Positions 26,325-36,233 of a stretch of DNA of 64,000 nt are shown here, piece by piece. The stretch is from the NCBI GenBank assembly GCA_043811535.1, contig JBDRNC010000035.1, positions 1 through 64,000 on the forward strand. The letters are read 5' to 3'. The notes under the pieces were generated by a model, which saw only the letters and a program-made list of their open reading frames with translations, searched no databases and was not told the origin of the DNA. A program made the position numbers and the translations under genes. Source of the stretch: Elusimicrobiota bacterium. GTDB lineage: Bacteria; Elusimicrobiota; Endomicrobiia; Endomicrobiales; JBDRNC01. Position 1 is the stretch's first letter; each line of letters opens with the position of its first letter.

Positions 26325-27578
26325 ATGATATTCCTATATAACCTGGCTCTCTTCACAATACTGATACCCGCCATTTTCGCCCTTATCCTGCTGAATCGCA
26401 AGAGACTTAGAAAAGAATCGTTCCGAAACTGGCATGAGAGACTCGGCTTATGGGATTTCTCCAGAATTGAACGTAAAAATAAGCCGCTCCTCTGGTTCCA
26501 CTGCGCGTCGCTCGGAGAGGTGCGCGCCGTAGAGCCTCTTATCGGGAAGCTCGGAGAATTCAGCATATTGATCACCGTAATGACCAATAGCGCGCATAAA
26601 TATGCCGAAGAAAGGGAACTTTCAAGAGCGGTGTATTTCCTTCCCGTCGATTTTTCATTCATATTGAACAATGTCATGCGAAAAACCAGTCCCGACGTCC
26701 TGGTCCTTGTCGAGACCGAGCTCTGGCCGGGGCTTGTTTATTCGGCTAATAAGAGCGGAGCAAAAATAATTTCGATAAACGGGAGACTGTCCGTTTACTC
26801 CTATCCGTATTACAGGCTTATGAGATTCCTGTGGGGCCGCGTGCTGTCAAGAATAAACGTCGTCTCCGTCAGGACAAACGAAGACGCCGACAGGTTCATC
26901 GGGCTCGGGTGCCCCGTAGAGAAGATAAGAGTAAGCGGTAATATAAAATATGACGCATTCTTTCACATGCCGGAAGTTTCCAGGGCAAGTTTGGGTTTTT
27001 CGGATTCGGACCTGATACTGGTCGCCGGCAGCACAAGGGAAGGGGAAGAGGAGATCCTTGCGGATCTTTGGCTGAAGCTTTCGCGGAAATATCCGAAATT
27101 CAAGCTGGTGATCGCTCCGAGGCATATAACCCGCGCTTCTGAAATATCCCAATTGCTTGAAAAGGCCGGGATCGAACACAGTATGCGGTCCGGCGATGCG
27201 CGTAAAGGAGTAAGGTGCCTAATCCTTGATACTTTCGGCGAACTCCGGCAGTATTATTCTATATGCGATATAGCGTATGTCGGAGGTTCCATGGTAAACA
27301 GCGGGGGGCAGAATCCGATAGAACCGGCGGCTTCGGGAAAACCTGTTGTTTTCGGGGTATATATGCAGAATTTTTCCGAAGAGGCGCATATCCTTGAGTA
27401 TGCCCGGGGTGCATTAAAAGTAAAAGACTCTTTCGAGCTTCTGGGCGCGGTAGACGTGCTCGCGGCTGACAGAAAATTCCGCCTGAAAACCGGAGAGAAC
27501 GCGAAGATAGCGGTTGAAAACCAGAAAGGTGCGGTTGACAAGACAATAGAACTGATAAAGAGCTGCGCAGTAGAGTAG
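26325..27578 (+). CDS. waaA: 3-deoxy-D-manno-octulosonic acid transferase
   Basis: WFHCASLGE, ETELWP, GNIKYD, AGSTREGEE, APRH, GGQNPIEP. Confidence 0.95.
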   Translation: MIFLYNLALFTILIPAIFALILLNRKRLRKESFRNWHERLGLWDFSRIERKNKPLLWFHCASLGEVRAVEPLIGKLGEFSILITVMTNSAHKYAEERELSRAVYFLPVDFSFILNNVMRKTSPDVLVLVETELWPGLVYSANKSGAKIISINGRLSVYSYPYYRLMRFLWGRVLSRINVVSVRTNEDADRFIGLGCPVEKIRVSGNIKYDAFFHMPEVSRASLGFSDSDLILVAGSTREGEEEILADLWLKLSRKYPKFKLVIAPRHITRASEISQLLEKAGIEHSMRSGDARKGVRCLILDTFGELRQYYSICDIAYVGGSMVNSGGQNPIEPAASGKPVVFGVYMQNFSEEAHILEYARGALKVKDSFELLGAVDVLAADRKFRLKTGENAKIAVENQKGAVDKTIELIKSCAVE

Positions 27579-27613
27579 TGTGGCACTGCGCCGGAAAACG
27601 GGACACCTGCAAA

Positions 27614-29302
27614 ATGAGCACGCGGCTTATAAGTTTCATCGGCTGGCTTGTTGTGAATCTGATCAACAGGACTCTGAGGGTAGCCGAAGTAAACGCCCTC
27701 GACTGGTGGAAACGTCCGGACGGGACGAAAGTGCTTTTTGCTTTCTGGCACGGCGAACAGCTCATTCCTTTTTTTCATCACAGGAAGCAGGCGATCGCAA
27801 TAATGAGCAGCCTGTCAAGGGACGGAGAGATTCAATCAGGCATAATCAAATTACTGGGCTATACGGCGGTCAGAGGTTCTTCCACAAAAGGCGCGGAAAG
27901 AGCGTTGGTGGGGATTATCAGACTGGTTAAAAAGGGCATGAACGCGGCGTTCGCAGTGGACGGCCCGAAAGGCCCGTATCACAAGGTAAAACCGGGCGTG
28001 ATATACATCGCGCGGAAGACAGGCAATTACATCGTGCCTCTCAGCTCCGCGGCAAGCAGGTATAAAGTGCTGGAAAAGGCATGGGATAAATACCGCGTTC
28101 CGGCGCCTTTCTCGCGGGCCGTCATCGCCTACGGCAAACCCGTGAAGTTTGACGAAAACACGGACATAGATAAACAGTGCGAGGCGCTTGAGCGCGAGCT
28201 TGAAAGACTTTCCGCTTTTACTCACAAGCATTACTGGTCGGAGAATATTCCGGAATACCTTAGCAACCACCCCCGTCCCAGGATACTGATAGTCCAGCCC
28301 AGCAGGATTGGGGATGTTGTGTTCGCGATGCCGGCCGTGGCCGCAATAAGAAAAAAATACCCGCACGCCTGGATCGGATGGGCGGTTGACGAGCGCTGCG
28401 CCCCGGTGCTTGAAGGCTCCGACGACATCAACGAGATAATAGTCCTTGACCGGGCGAAGTATTCGCCGGCTTATTTGTGGAAGTTGCGCAGGAATCTGCG
28501 CTCGAGGAATATCGATCTGAGCATAGATTTTCACGGGTTGCTCAAGTCGGCATTCGTAGTCTGGCTGGCGGGGGCGAAATTTAGGATAGCATCGTCGTCA
28601 ACGAACGGCATGAGGGAATTTTCATGGCTGTTCTCAAAAGAAATCAAAACGAAAAATGAAGATAGCCATTGCGTAGAACGCCACATGCGGGTCGCGGAGT
28701 ATCTGGGCTGCGGGACGAAGGAATACAAGTACGGCATCAATATCGACGAAGCTACGCGCAGGAATGTGCTGAAGATTCTGGAGGACAAAGGGATCGATTC
28801 CGGGAAAATCCTTGTGGCTATGCACGCGGGCGGAGGATGGATATCCAGAAGATGGCCCGCGGAAAGATTCGCCGAGCTGGCAGGAAGGCTTTCAAAGGAA
28901 CTAAACGCGAGCGTGGCGCTCGTGGGCGGCAGGGAGGGCGGTTCAAAGGAAAAAGGCGTCAATGAAACGATACTTTCTCTTTCCGGCGGCGGAATTACGG
29001 ACCTTACCGGTAAACTAACTCTAAAGGAATTAGGAGCGTTTCTGAGAAGAACCAACCTTTACGTCGGAAATGAGGCCGGTCCGATGCATTTAGCCGTCGC
29101 GCTTGAAACTCCTGTCATTGCGCTCATAGGCCCGACGATTCCGGGCAGGACCGGGCCGTTCGGCGGCGGCGCGAAAATAATAAGGCAAGTCGTTGACTGC
29201 CAGCCGTGCAGGAACAGGAACTGCAAAAACCGGAAATGCATGGAAGCAATCACGGTAGACAAGGTTTTTAACTCGGCAAAAGAGATGCTCCGAATAAAAT
29301 GA
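27614..29302 (+). CDS. Fusion: DUF374 (lysophospholipid acyltransferase-like) + GT9 heptosyltransferase
   Basis: N-terminal FWHG, S.SRDGE, RGSS.KG, VDGPKGP, WDK..VP.PF; C-terminal PSRIGDV, DFHGLLKS, NEAGPMHLA, GPT. Confidence 0.85.
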   Translation: MSTRLISFIGWLVVNLINRTLRVAEVNALDWWKRPDGTKVLFAFWHGEQLIPFFHHRKQAIAIMSSLSRDGEIQSGIIKLLGYTAVRGSSTKGAERALVGIIRLVKKGMNAAFAVDGPKGPYHKVKPGVIYIARKTGNYIVPLSSAASRYKVLEKAWDKYRVPAPFSRAVIAYGKPVKFDENTDIDKQCEALERELERLSAFTHKHYWSENIPEYLSNHPRPRILIVQPSRIGDVVFAMPAVAAIRKKYPHAWIGWAVDERCAPVLEGSDDINEIIVLDRAKYSPAYLWKLRRNLRSRNIDLSIDFHGLLKSAFVVWLAGAKFRIASSSTNGMREFSWLFSKEIKTKNEDSHCVERHMRVAEYLGCGTKEYKYGINIDEATRRNVLKILEDKGIDSGKILVAMHAGGGWISRRWPAERFAELAGRLSKELNASVALVGGREGGSKEKGVNETILSLSGGGITDLTGKLTLKELGAFLRRTNLYVGNEAGPMHLAVALETPVIALIGPTIPGRTGPFGGGAKIIRQVVDCQPCRNRNCKNRKCMEAITVDKVFNSAKEMLRIK

Positions 29303-29473
29303 AGATGACCCTCCTACGCAAGACATGCCGCCAAAAAAACGCGGCTATTCACCGCATTGGCCCCGATACATCGGGGCTGCGGCGGGTCACCTGAGATTTA
29401 TAAGTCTGGCATTGCCACTCACAGATTTGTCATATTTGCATGCAATTCAGTTGAATTTTAGGAGCATTTTCAG

Positions 29474-30457
29474 GTGAAAATACTTATTATCAAACCGAGT
29501 TCTTTCGGCGATATCATTGTCGCGAATCCCGTGCTTACTGCGCTTAAAAAAAACTATCCGGAATGTGCAGTCAAGTGGCTTGTGTTTGACGAGTGGAAGG
29601 ATGTCCTCCGCCTGTTCCCGTTGCTTGACGGCGTCATCACATGGGACAAGAAGAAAGGCTTGTCCGGATTATTGAGCGTTATTAAGGCTGTCAGAAAAGA
29701 ACAGTTTGACATAGTCATGGATCTCCAGGGGTTGTTAAGGTCGGCGTTTGTAGCCTGTTTTTCCGGAGCGAAAACGAAAATAGGCGTTCCGGGGATGAAA
29801 GAGTTCAGCGGCATACTCGTAAAAGAGCCGTTCCCTGAGAGCGCCGGGATCAACGCAGTGGTCAGGTCTCTGGAATCCTTTCGTTTTCTCACGGCGAGAA
29901 ACCATGAACCCGAGTTCAAGCTGGCAGTCACCGAAGATGACGCCGGAAAAGCTGAAGGTATATTGAAATTTTGCGGTATAACCGGGGAAAGAAAAATAAT
30001 AGGCATAGCGCCGTTCGTCAGGGGTGTTTCAAAACAATGGCCGCTGGAACATTTCAGGATGCTGACTCAGCTGATACTAAACTTCAAATACGACGCAGAT
30101 ATATTGATTTTAGGCGGAAAGAACGATAATTGGGATTTTTACGACAACAGGGTGGTCAATCTCTGCGGAAAAACAACTATACCCGAGCTCGCGGGGATTC
30201 TTAAAAAGTGCGCGGTCGTTGCCGGCGGGGACACCGGAATCATCCAGCTGGCCGCGGCGATGAACACTCCGGTTGTGGCGATTTTTGGAGGATCGGACAT
30301 CAACGAAACCGCGCCGACGGGCCCAAAGACCGTTCTTATCAGCAAGGGTTTCAAATGTTCGCCCTGCCGGAGCAGACCCACATGCAGGGATTTTGAATGC
30401 CTGAGGCAGATAACCCCCGAAGAGGTCATGAAAGCGGTGGTGAAATGGATAAACTGA
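29474..30457 (+). CDS. GT9 LPS heptosyltransferase
   Basis: MKILIIKPSSFGD, DLQGLLRS, KQWP, GDTG..QLAAA. Confidence 0.9.
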   Translation: MKILIIKPSSFGDIIVANPVLTALKKNYPECAVKWLVFDEWKDVLRLFPLLDGVITWDKKKGLSGLLSVIKAVRKEQFDIVMDLQGLLRSAFVACFSGAKTKIGVPGMKEFSGILVKEPFPESAGINAVVRSLESFRFLTARNHEPEFKLAVTEDDAGKAEGILKFCGITGERKIIGIAPFVRGVSKQWPLEHFRMLTQLILNFKYDADILILGGKNDNWDFYDNRVVNLCGKTTIPELAGILKKCAVVAGGDTGIIQLAAAMNTPVVAIFGGSDINETAPTGPKTVLISKGFKCSPCRSRPTCRDFECLRQITPEEVMKAVVKWIN

Positions 30458-30481
30458 TTTCGTTGAAAACAATTCAACGAA

Positions 30482-30572
30482 ATCATCCTGAACCCCGAAT
30501 AACCGGGGTGAAGGATCTCGCGATCGCTTGGAAAAGAGATTCTTCGCCGAAAAAAACGCGGCTCAGAATGAT
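30482..30572. repeat. REP/REPIN-like inverted element
   Basis: ATCATCCTGA...GAAGGATCTC / GAGATTCTTC...TCAGAATGAT nested inverted arms. Confidence 0.65.
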
Positions 30573-30590
30573 GTCGAATAGGAGTTTCAA

Positions 30591-31541
30591 ATAAAAGAAA
30601 AACTGATATTTTTTCACATGAACCAGCTCGGCGACCTGCTTTTCAGCCTCCCGGTCCTTTCGGCGTTTAAGTCGGAACGGGGCAAAGAGCTTGAAAGATA
30701 CAGCTGCGTTCGTCCGGAACTCGGACCTTTGCTTGCGGAGTCAGGTTTAGTAGACGGAGTGATAGAAAAGAAAAGGAATCTATCCGCAAAGATAGGCGTT
30801 CTGGGGGAAATAGGCAAGCATTCTTTCAAGGAAGCCGTCCTTTTTTCTGAATCCCCTGAATCGGTACTTTTGAGCTATCTTTCCGGTATCCATTCAAGGA
30901 CCGGCTTCAAGTCCTCGTCGTTTTCGTTTATGATGACTAAAACCGCGCCGCGTTCCGGAGTGCCTTCGCTAAGGAACAACAAGAGCCTTGGCGCTCAATG
31001 CGGGCTGAAATATATCCCTGACGATTATTCGGGGCTCGTGAAAATACCGGATGCCGCCGTTGAAAAAGCGGGAAAATGGCTGTCGGACAACGGAGCGGCC
31101 GAAAAAAAAGCAGTTATTATCAGCGCCGGCGCGAGTAAAAGAAGAAAAGACAAATGCTGGAATATGTCCGGCTGGATCGACGTGCTTGAATTCCTGCTCA
31201 AGAAGGACTGTTTTCCGGTGATTATCGGGACCGCGGCTGAAATAAACGAGATGGGGTATCTGGCTGATTCAGTTCAGCCTAAACCCGCCGTGTACGCGGG
31301 GAGCGATGGTATACTGTTTCTGGGCGCCCTGATGAAACGCGCGAGATTCTTCATTGGTATTGATTCGGGCGCGATGCATCTGGCGGCGAGCTTGAAACTG
31401 CCGGTCATTGCTCTTTTCGGCCCGACTGACCCGTCCCAGATAGGCCCTCAACCGCTGAACATGCATACCGTGATAAAAAAGAAAACGATGAATGAGATAA
31501 CCGCGGACATGGTTTTTGACGCCGCGGGGAAATTCATATGA
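30591..31541 (+). CDS. GT9 glycosyltransferase; probable ATA start at 30591 (first ATG is 30618)
   Basis: KLIFFHMNQLGDLL first strand, KCW, IDSGAMHLA, LFGPT; AGGAG at 30580-30584. Confidence 0.8.
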   Translation: MKEKLIFFHMNQLGDLLFSLPVLSAFKSERGKELERYSCVRPELGPLLAESGLVDGVIEKKRNLSAKIGVLGEIGKHSFKEAVLFSESPESVLLSYLSGIHSRTGFKSSSFSFMMTKTAPRSGVPSLRNNKSLGAQCGLKYIPDDYSGLVKIPDAAVEKAGKWLSDNGAAEKKAVIISAGASKRRKDKCWNMSGWIDVLEFLLKKDCFPVIIGTAAEINEMGYLADSVQPKPAVYAGSDGILFLGALMKRARFFIGIDSGAMHLAASLKLPVIALFGPTDPSQIGPQPLNMHTVIKKKTMNEITADMVFDAAGKFI

Positions 31542-32734
31542 AGAGATACGGAATAATAATCACGAATTATATTTTTGCCGCCGGGATGCTGATCTCCCAT
31601 ATCTGCGGGTATGCCGCCGCGGGAATCGGTTTATTCTTCTCCTTAAAATCCCTGAAAGGATTTGTGCGGGAAAGGATCGCGCTCCTGTTTGTCGTGTTCC
31701 TTGCCTACGGCCTGCTGCGTTCGGTATTTTCGCCGGAACCCGGGACTGGATTCATGGCTATGCTCGGGTATTTCAGCCAGTGGACGCTGCCGTTCCTGCT
31801 GGGATATTCGCTTGCAGAGCTGAAAGATGTGAAGAGGGTTTTCTGGATACTCTGCGGAGTCTATTTACTTATACTTTTGCTTTCGGTGCTCGCGTATTTC
31901 GGGTTGTTTTACCAAAAGCTCGCCGCGGATACTTTTCTTGTAGGCGATGAAGATGGATTGCTGAAGGGCCTGCGCTCCCACATAGCGTTCGCGGCGCTCT
32001 GTCTTTTGTTCTCGTTCCTTTTTATTTCTCAATCTTTCTTTTCAAAAGAGGCCTCAACCGCAAAAAAAGCGTTATTCGTTGTTTTGGCTGTTATACCGCT
32101 TGGAGCGATGTTCCTGACGGGTTCGCGGGGTTATTACCTGGCCACGGCCGTTTCCTACTCGTTGTTTGCGCTGTTCTGGGTGATAAGTACAAAAAGATGG
32201 AAACTTGTGATAGGTTTCGCGGCCGTCGCCCTGCTCATCTCTGCCGGGCTCTATCAGCTGTTCCCGAATATAAGATACAGACTGCAGAATACAGGGATGC
32301 ATGACAGGAGCGTTATCGGCCGCGTCGCGCTTTACAAAGTAGCGGTCAGAGAAATATTGGCAAATCCTGTTTTCGGGGTGGGCCCCGGCCAGGGAACAAG
32401 ACAAAAGCAGTATTTCCTTGAACTCACGGAATACGAAAAAATGCTGAGCCGGCACGGACACCTGCATTCTATCTACCTTAACACGGCGGCTGAATTCGGG
32501 TTGACAGGTTTCGCGCTGGCCGCGCTTATATTCATAGAGATACTGCGGCGCTTGCGTTCATTCGGGTTTTCGGGCGCCGGTTTTGAAAATGCACTCGCGA
32601 TAGGCTTATTCTGGGGGATAATCGGCATATTGATAGGAGATGTTTTTGACACTCTTTTAAGAGGACCGGGCACCGCCATGGAATTGTTCTGGCTCTCGGG
32701 GCTCGTCTTCGGGCTGGCGGGGAAACATAAGTGA
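31538..32734 (+). CDS. O-antigen ligase (WaaL-like) family membrane protein
   Basis: Multi-TM; TGSRG, R..LYK.A, PVFGVGPG, HLHSIYL..AAEFG. Confidence 0.85.
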   Translation: MKRYGIIITNYIFAAGMLISHICGYAAAGIGLFFSLKSLKGFVRERIALLFVVFLAYGLLRSVFSPEPGTGFMAMLGYFSQWTLPFLLGYSLAELKDVKRVFWILCGVYLLILLLSVLAYFGLFYQKLAADTFLVGDEDGLLKGLRSHIAFAALCLLFSFLFISQSFFSKEASTAKKALFVVLAVIPLGAMFLTGSRGYYLATAVSYSLFALFWVISTKRWKLVIGFAAVALLISAGLYQLFPNIRYRLQNTGMHDRSVIGRVALYKVAVREILANPVFGVGPGQGTRQKQYFLELTEYEKMLSRHGHLHSIYLNTAAEFGLTGFALAALIFIEILRRLRSFGFSGAGFENALAIGLFWGIIGILIGDVFDTLLRGPGTAMELFWLSGLVFGLAGKHK

Positions 32735-33603
32735 AGATTAGCGGCGCGACATTTATCAGGAACGGCATCAAGTACAAGTTTCCTTTCACGGAGTCGATAA
32801 GATCCGTGCTTCCTTTGTGCGATGAGATGATAGTGGCAGTCGGGAATTCGGAAGACGGCACGAGAAAAAAGATTGAGGAAATAAACGATCCCAGGATAAG
32901 GATAATCGATACTGTATGGGACGATAAGAATAGGCGCGGCGGTCAGATACTTTCGGAACAGGCGAATATAGCGCTTTCGGAATGCAGGGGCGACTGGATA
33001 TTCTACATTCAAGCCGACGAAGTCGCGCATGAAGACGACCTGCCGGTGATAAGACAATCGCTGGCCAGGCATTACGGCGACGCTGCCGTAGAAGCGCTCG
33101 CATTCAAATACGTCCATTTCTATGGAAGTTACTTCACGGTGCAGAAAGGCAGGCACTGGTATCCGGAGGAAGTAAGGATAATAAAGAATAATATAGGAAT
33201 AAAGTCTTTCGGCGACGCGCAGGGGTTCAGAAGAAACGTTGATAAAGTGAAAGCCGCGAGAATAAGCGCGAAGATTTATCATTACGGGTGGGCAAGGCCT
33301 CCGGAAGCCATGGTGGAAAAGATAAAGTCGTTCCATAAACTATGGCACGACGACAGCTGGATAGAAAAAAACTGCCCGGGATCGGACCTGGCGTCATTTT
33401 TTTCCGACGTGGGGAATCTCGCGGGGTTTGAGGGGTCGCACCCGGCGGTCATGAAAAACATAGCGGAAATGGAATCCGCCTTGTTCATCAACGCGCGCAG
33501 GGCTGAATACTTTAAGAAAAGGACGGTTATCCAGGCGCTTAGGGACTTTGCCAGAAACATTCCCGTAGGCGTGCACAGGAATTTCCGGTTGATAAGGGGT
33601 TGA
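32731..33603 (+). CDS. GT2-like glycosyltransferase
   Basis: TFIRNG, PLCDE, SEDGT, YIQADE, IYHYGW. Confidence 0.8.
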   Translation: MKISGATFIRNGIKYKFPFTESIRSVLPLCDEMIVAVGNSEDGTRKKIEEINDPRIRIIDTVWDDKNRRGGQILSEQANIALSECRGDWIFYIQADEVAHEDDLPVIRQSLARHYGDAAVEALAFKYVHFYGSYFTVQKGRHWYPEEVRIIKNNIGIKSFGDAQGFRRNVDKVKAARISAKIYHYGWARPPEAMVEKIKSFHKLWHDDSWIEKNCPGSDLASFFSDVGNLAGFEGSHPAVMKNIAEMESALFINARRAEYFKKRTVIQALRDFARNIPVGVHRNFRLIRG

Positions 33604-33649
33604 AGCACTGCGAATAATGTCCGCAGAATTTCGTGAAGGTGGATTAGCA

Positions 33650-34366
33650 ATGGTAAAATTCATAAGATACAGGAAGATTTTTAAGTTATACGAAGCGCTT
33701 CAGCCGTATTTGAAGTATTCATTGAAGCTGGAAAAAAAGCTCCCCGCCAGAAAGGCTCTGGTCATCGCGCCTCACCAGGACGACGAGGCAATAGGTTGCG
33801 GCGGAACCATCCATCTGCACGTAAAACAAGGGGGCACGGCTAGCGTAATATACTGCACCGGAGGCGGCGACACCAGGAAGAAAGAAGCTATTGCGGCGGC
33901 GGATGTCCTGGGCCTGAGCGATCCGGTTTTTATGGATTACCGGGACGAATCGCTCTCGGCTCGGAAAGATTTTGCGCGCGAACTGGCGGAACTTCTGCGT
34001 GAAAAGAAACCGGAAATAGTTTTCGCGCCGTTCCATCTGGACAACCACACTGACCACAGGGCCGTAAATGAGGCGCTGATAAAGGCCGGAAAAAACAAGA
34101 ATCTTGATTTTCTGGTTTACGCGTATCCTGTCTGGTTCCCGCTGTATCCGAACCTGCTGATAGATATAAGCGGCGAATGGGACTCCAAGAAAAGGGCTAT
34201 AAACTGCTACAGGTCGCAGACAGAGACAAGGGATTACGTGAGAATGAGCCATTCGCTTGGCCAGTACTGGGCGGCGGTAAAGGGAAGGGATATCCAGGTG
34301 GCGGAATCTTTTTTCAGGGCAAGCCTGAAGGAATACGCGAAATTAGGCGAAAAAATACTAGGTTAA
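33650..34366 (+). CDS. PIG-L/LmbE family deacetylase
   Basis: APHQDDE..GCGGT, R..EA, DNHTDH, CYRSQ. Confidence 0.88.
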   Translation: MVKFIRYRKIFKLYEALQPYLKYSLKLEKKLPARKALVIAPHQDDEAIGCGGTIHLHVKQGGTASVIYCTGGGDTRKKEAIAAADVLGLSDPVFMDYRDESLSARKDFARELAELLREKKPEIVFAPFHLDNHTDHRAVNEALIKAGKNKNLDFLVYAYPVWFPLYPNLLIDISGEWDSKKRAINCYRSQTETRDYVRMSHSLGQYWAAVKGRDIQVAESFFRASLKEYAKLGEKILG

Positions 34367-34369
34367 ACT

Positions 34370-35482
34370 ATGGCTCCGAAAAAAAAAATACTGCATGTGT
34401 ACTCGTCAATGACCGCCGGCGGCGCGGAAAAGATGATGATAGAACTGGCCGCGGGCCTTAACGGGGCCGGGCTTGAAAATATAATAGCGGGTCCAAAAAA
34501 CAGCTATATCGTAAGGAAAGCCGCGGAAAAAGGGCTGAAAAGCTACGCGCTGAGAATAAACGGTTCTTTCGACCCTTTGGGCATAATCGGCCTCCGGTCA
34601 ATTGTCAGGAAGGAGAAAGTAGATATAATCCACGCGCACCAGGGGAAGGTCTTCTGGCCGTGCGTGTTCATGAAAATTTTCGTTAATCCGGGCCTTAAAC
34701 TTGTTTTTCACCGGCACGCCCAGCTTCCCCACAGTTTTTACAGCAGGGGCCATTATAATTTCGCGGACAAAGTGATAGCCATTTCGCAGGCCGTGGCAAA
34801 GGGCCTTATCGAACGCGAAAAAGTTCCGCAGAGCAAAGTTGTGGTAGTGTATAACGGCATAGACCTTAACAGGTTCAATGTCAGAGTAAGCGGGGAAAAA
34901 ATCAGAAAGGAGTACGGGCTGGGAAACCGCGTGGTGATCGGCACCGCGGCCGCCATGAACAGGCCGAAAGGCAAAGGACAGAAACACCTGATAGAAGCCG
35001 CGAAAAACCTGAAGGTCAGGTATCCTGATCTACGCTACATCATAGCGGGTTCCGGCGAAATAAAAGGCGAACTTGAAGACGCGGCCGGGACGCTGGGCGT
35101 GTCCGATATAGTGATCTTTTCCGGATACAGGGAAAACATCGAGGAGTACATCGCGGCGATGGATATATTCTGCCTGCTTTCCTGGGACACTGAGGGGCTC
35201 GGGCAGGTGATGATGGAAGCGCAGGCAATGGGCAAGGCTGTTATCGGCACAAAGATAGGCGGTGTTCCGGAAACTTTCATCAACGGAAGAACCGGCATAC
35301 TGATACCTCCGGAAAATACGGATGAACTCTCAAAGGCTATAGAATATCTTACCGCGGACAGGGGCAGACTGGCCGGTTTCGGAAAAGAAGCGTCCGAGTA
35401 CGCGTCGCGGAATTTCGGAATAAATAAAATGGTGGACAGTATGGCCGGCATATACGAAAGCATGTGGAGGTCAGATGGATAG
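34370..35482 (+). CDS. GT4 glycosyltransferase
   Basis: GGAEK, HAH, YNGID, KG, EGLGQVMMEA. Confidence 0.9.
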   Translation: MAPKKKILHVYSSMTAGGAEKMMIELAAGLNGAGLENIIAGPKNSYIVRKAAEKGLKSYALRINGSFDPLGIIGLRSIVRKEKVDIIHAHQGKVFWPCVFMKIFVNPGLKLVFHRHAQLPHSFYSRGHYNFADKVIAISQAVAKGLIEREKVPQSKVVVVYNGIDLNRFNVRVSGEKIRKEYGLGNRVVIGTAAAMNRPKGKGQKHLIEAAKNLKVRYPDLRYIIAGSGEIKGELEDAAGTLGVSDIVIFSGYRENIEEYIAAMDIFCLLSWDTEGLGQVMMEAQAMGKAVIGTKIGGVPETFINGRTGILIPPENTDELSKAIEYLTADRGRLAGFGKEASEYASRNFGINKMVDSMAGIYESMWRSDG

Positions 35483-36233
35483 GATAAAACTGTCCGCATA
35501 CGTCATTGCGTACAACGAAGAAGAGAAGATCCGCGAATGCCTTGAAAGCGTGAAGTGGGCGGACGAAATCATATTCATGGATTCATTCAGCACGGACAGG
35601 ACCGCGGAGATAGCGAAAGAGTACACGGATAAGGTATACCAGCATAAATTTGACGGATTCGGCAGGCTCAGAAACGAAGCGCTCGAGCGATGCTCTAATG
35701 ACTGGGTGCTGAGCGTTGACGCGGACGAGCGCGTTACCCCGGAGTTGAAGAGCGAGATTTTGTCGCTGCTTGAAAAAGGGCCGAACGCGGACGCCTACCT
35801 GGTGCCCAGGAAAAGCCATTTCCTCGGGCGCTGGATAAGACACTGCGGGTGGTATCCGGATTTCAGGCAGCCCCAGTTCTTTAACAGGCGGAAGATGAAA
35901 TACACCAGCCAGATGGTCCACGAAACTTACGAGCTTGACGGCAGGCTTTCCCGGGTTAAAGAACACGTGCTTCAGTACCCGTTCCTGACGCTTGACCAGT
36001 TCTTTAAAAAAATGGACAGGTACTCGACTCTGCGCTCTTCTGAAATGAAGAAAGAAGGCAGGAAATTCAGCGTTTTGAGCCTGATACTCAACCCGCCGGC
36101 GATGTTCGCCCGGATGTACATAACGAAACTTGGGTTTCTCGACGGAGCGGCGGGTCTTGTGCTTTCGATGCTCTACGCGTATTATACCGCCGTAAAATAC
36201 ATAAAGCTGTGGGAACAAAACGTTAAATCATGA
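35475..36233 (+). CDS. GT2 LPS core glycosyltransferase (WaaE/KdtX-like)
   Basis: AYNEE, DSFSTD.T, SVDADERV, GWYPD, VHE. Confidence 0.85.
   Translation: MDRIKLSAYVIAYNEEEKIRECLESVKWADEIIFMDSFSTDRTAEIAKEYTDKVYQHKFDGFGRLRNEALERCSNDWVLSVDADERVTPELKSEILSLLEKGPNADAYLVPRKSHFLGRWIRHCGWYPDFRQPQFFNRRKMKYTSQMVHETYELDGRLSRVKEHVLQYPFLTLDQFFKKMDRYSTLRSSEMKKEGRKFSVLSLILNPPAMFARMYITKLGFLDGAAGLVLSMLYAYYTAVKYIKLWEQNVKS

Noticed and set aside
30397..30594. 65-aa ORF spanning the gap between GT9 genes
   Set aside because: Overlaps the upstream gene and reads through a palindromic repeat; no protein features
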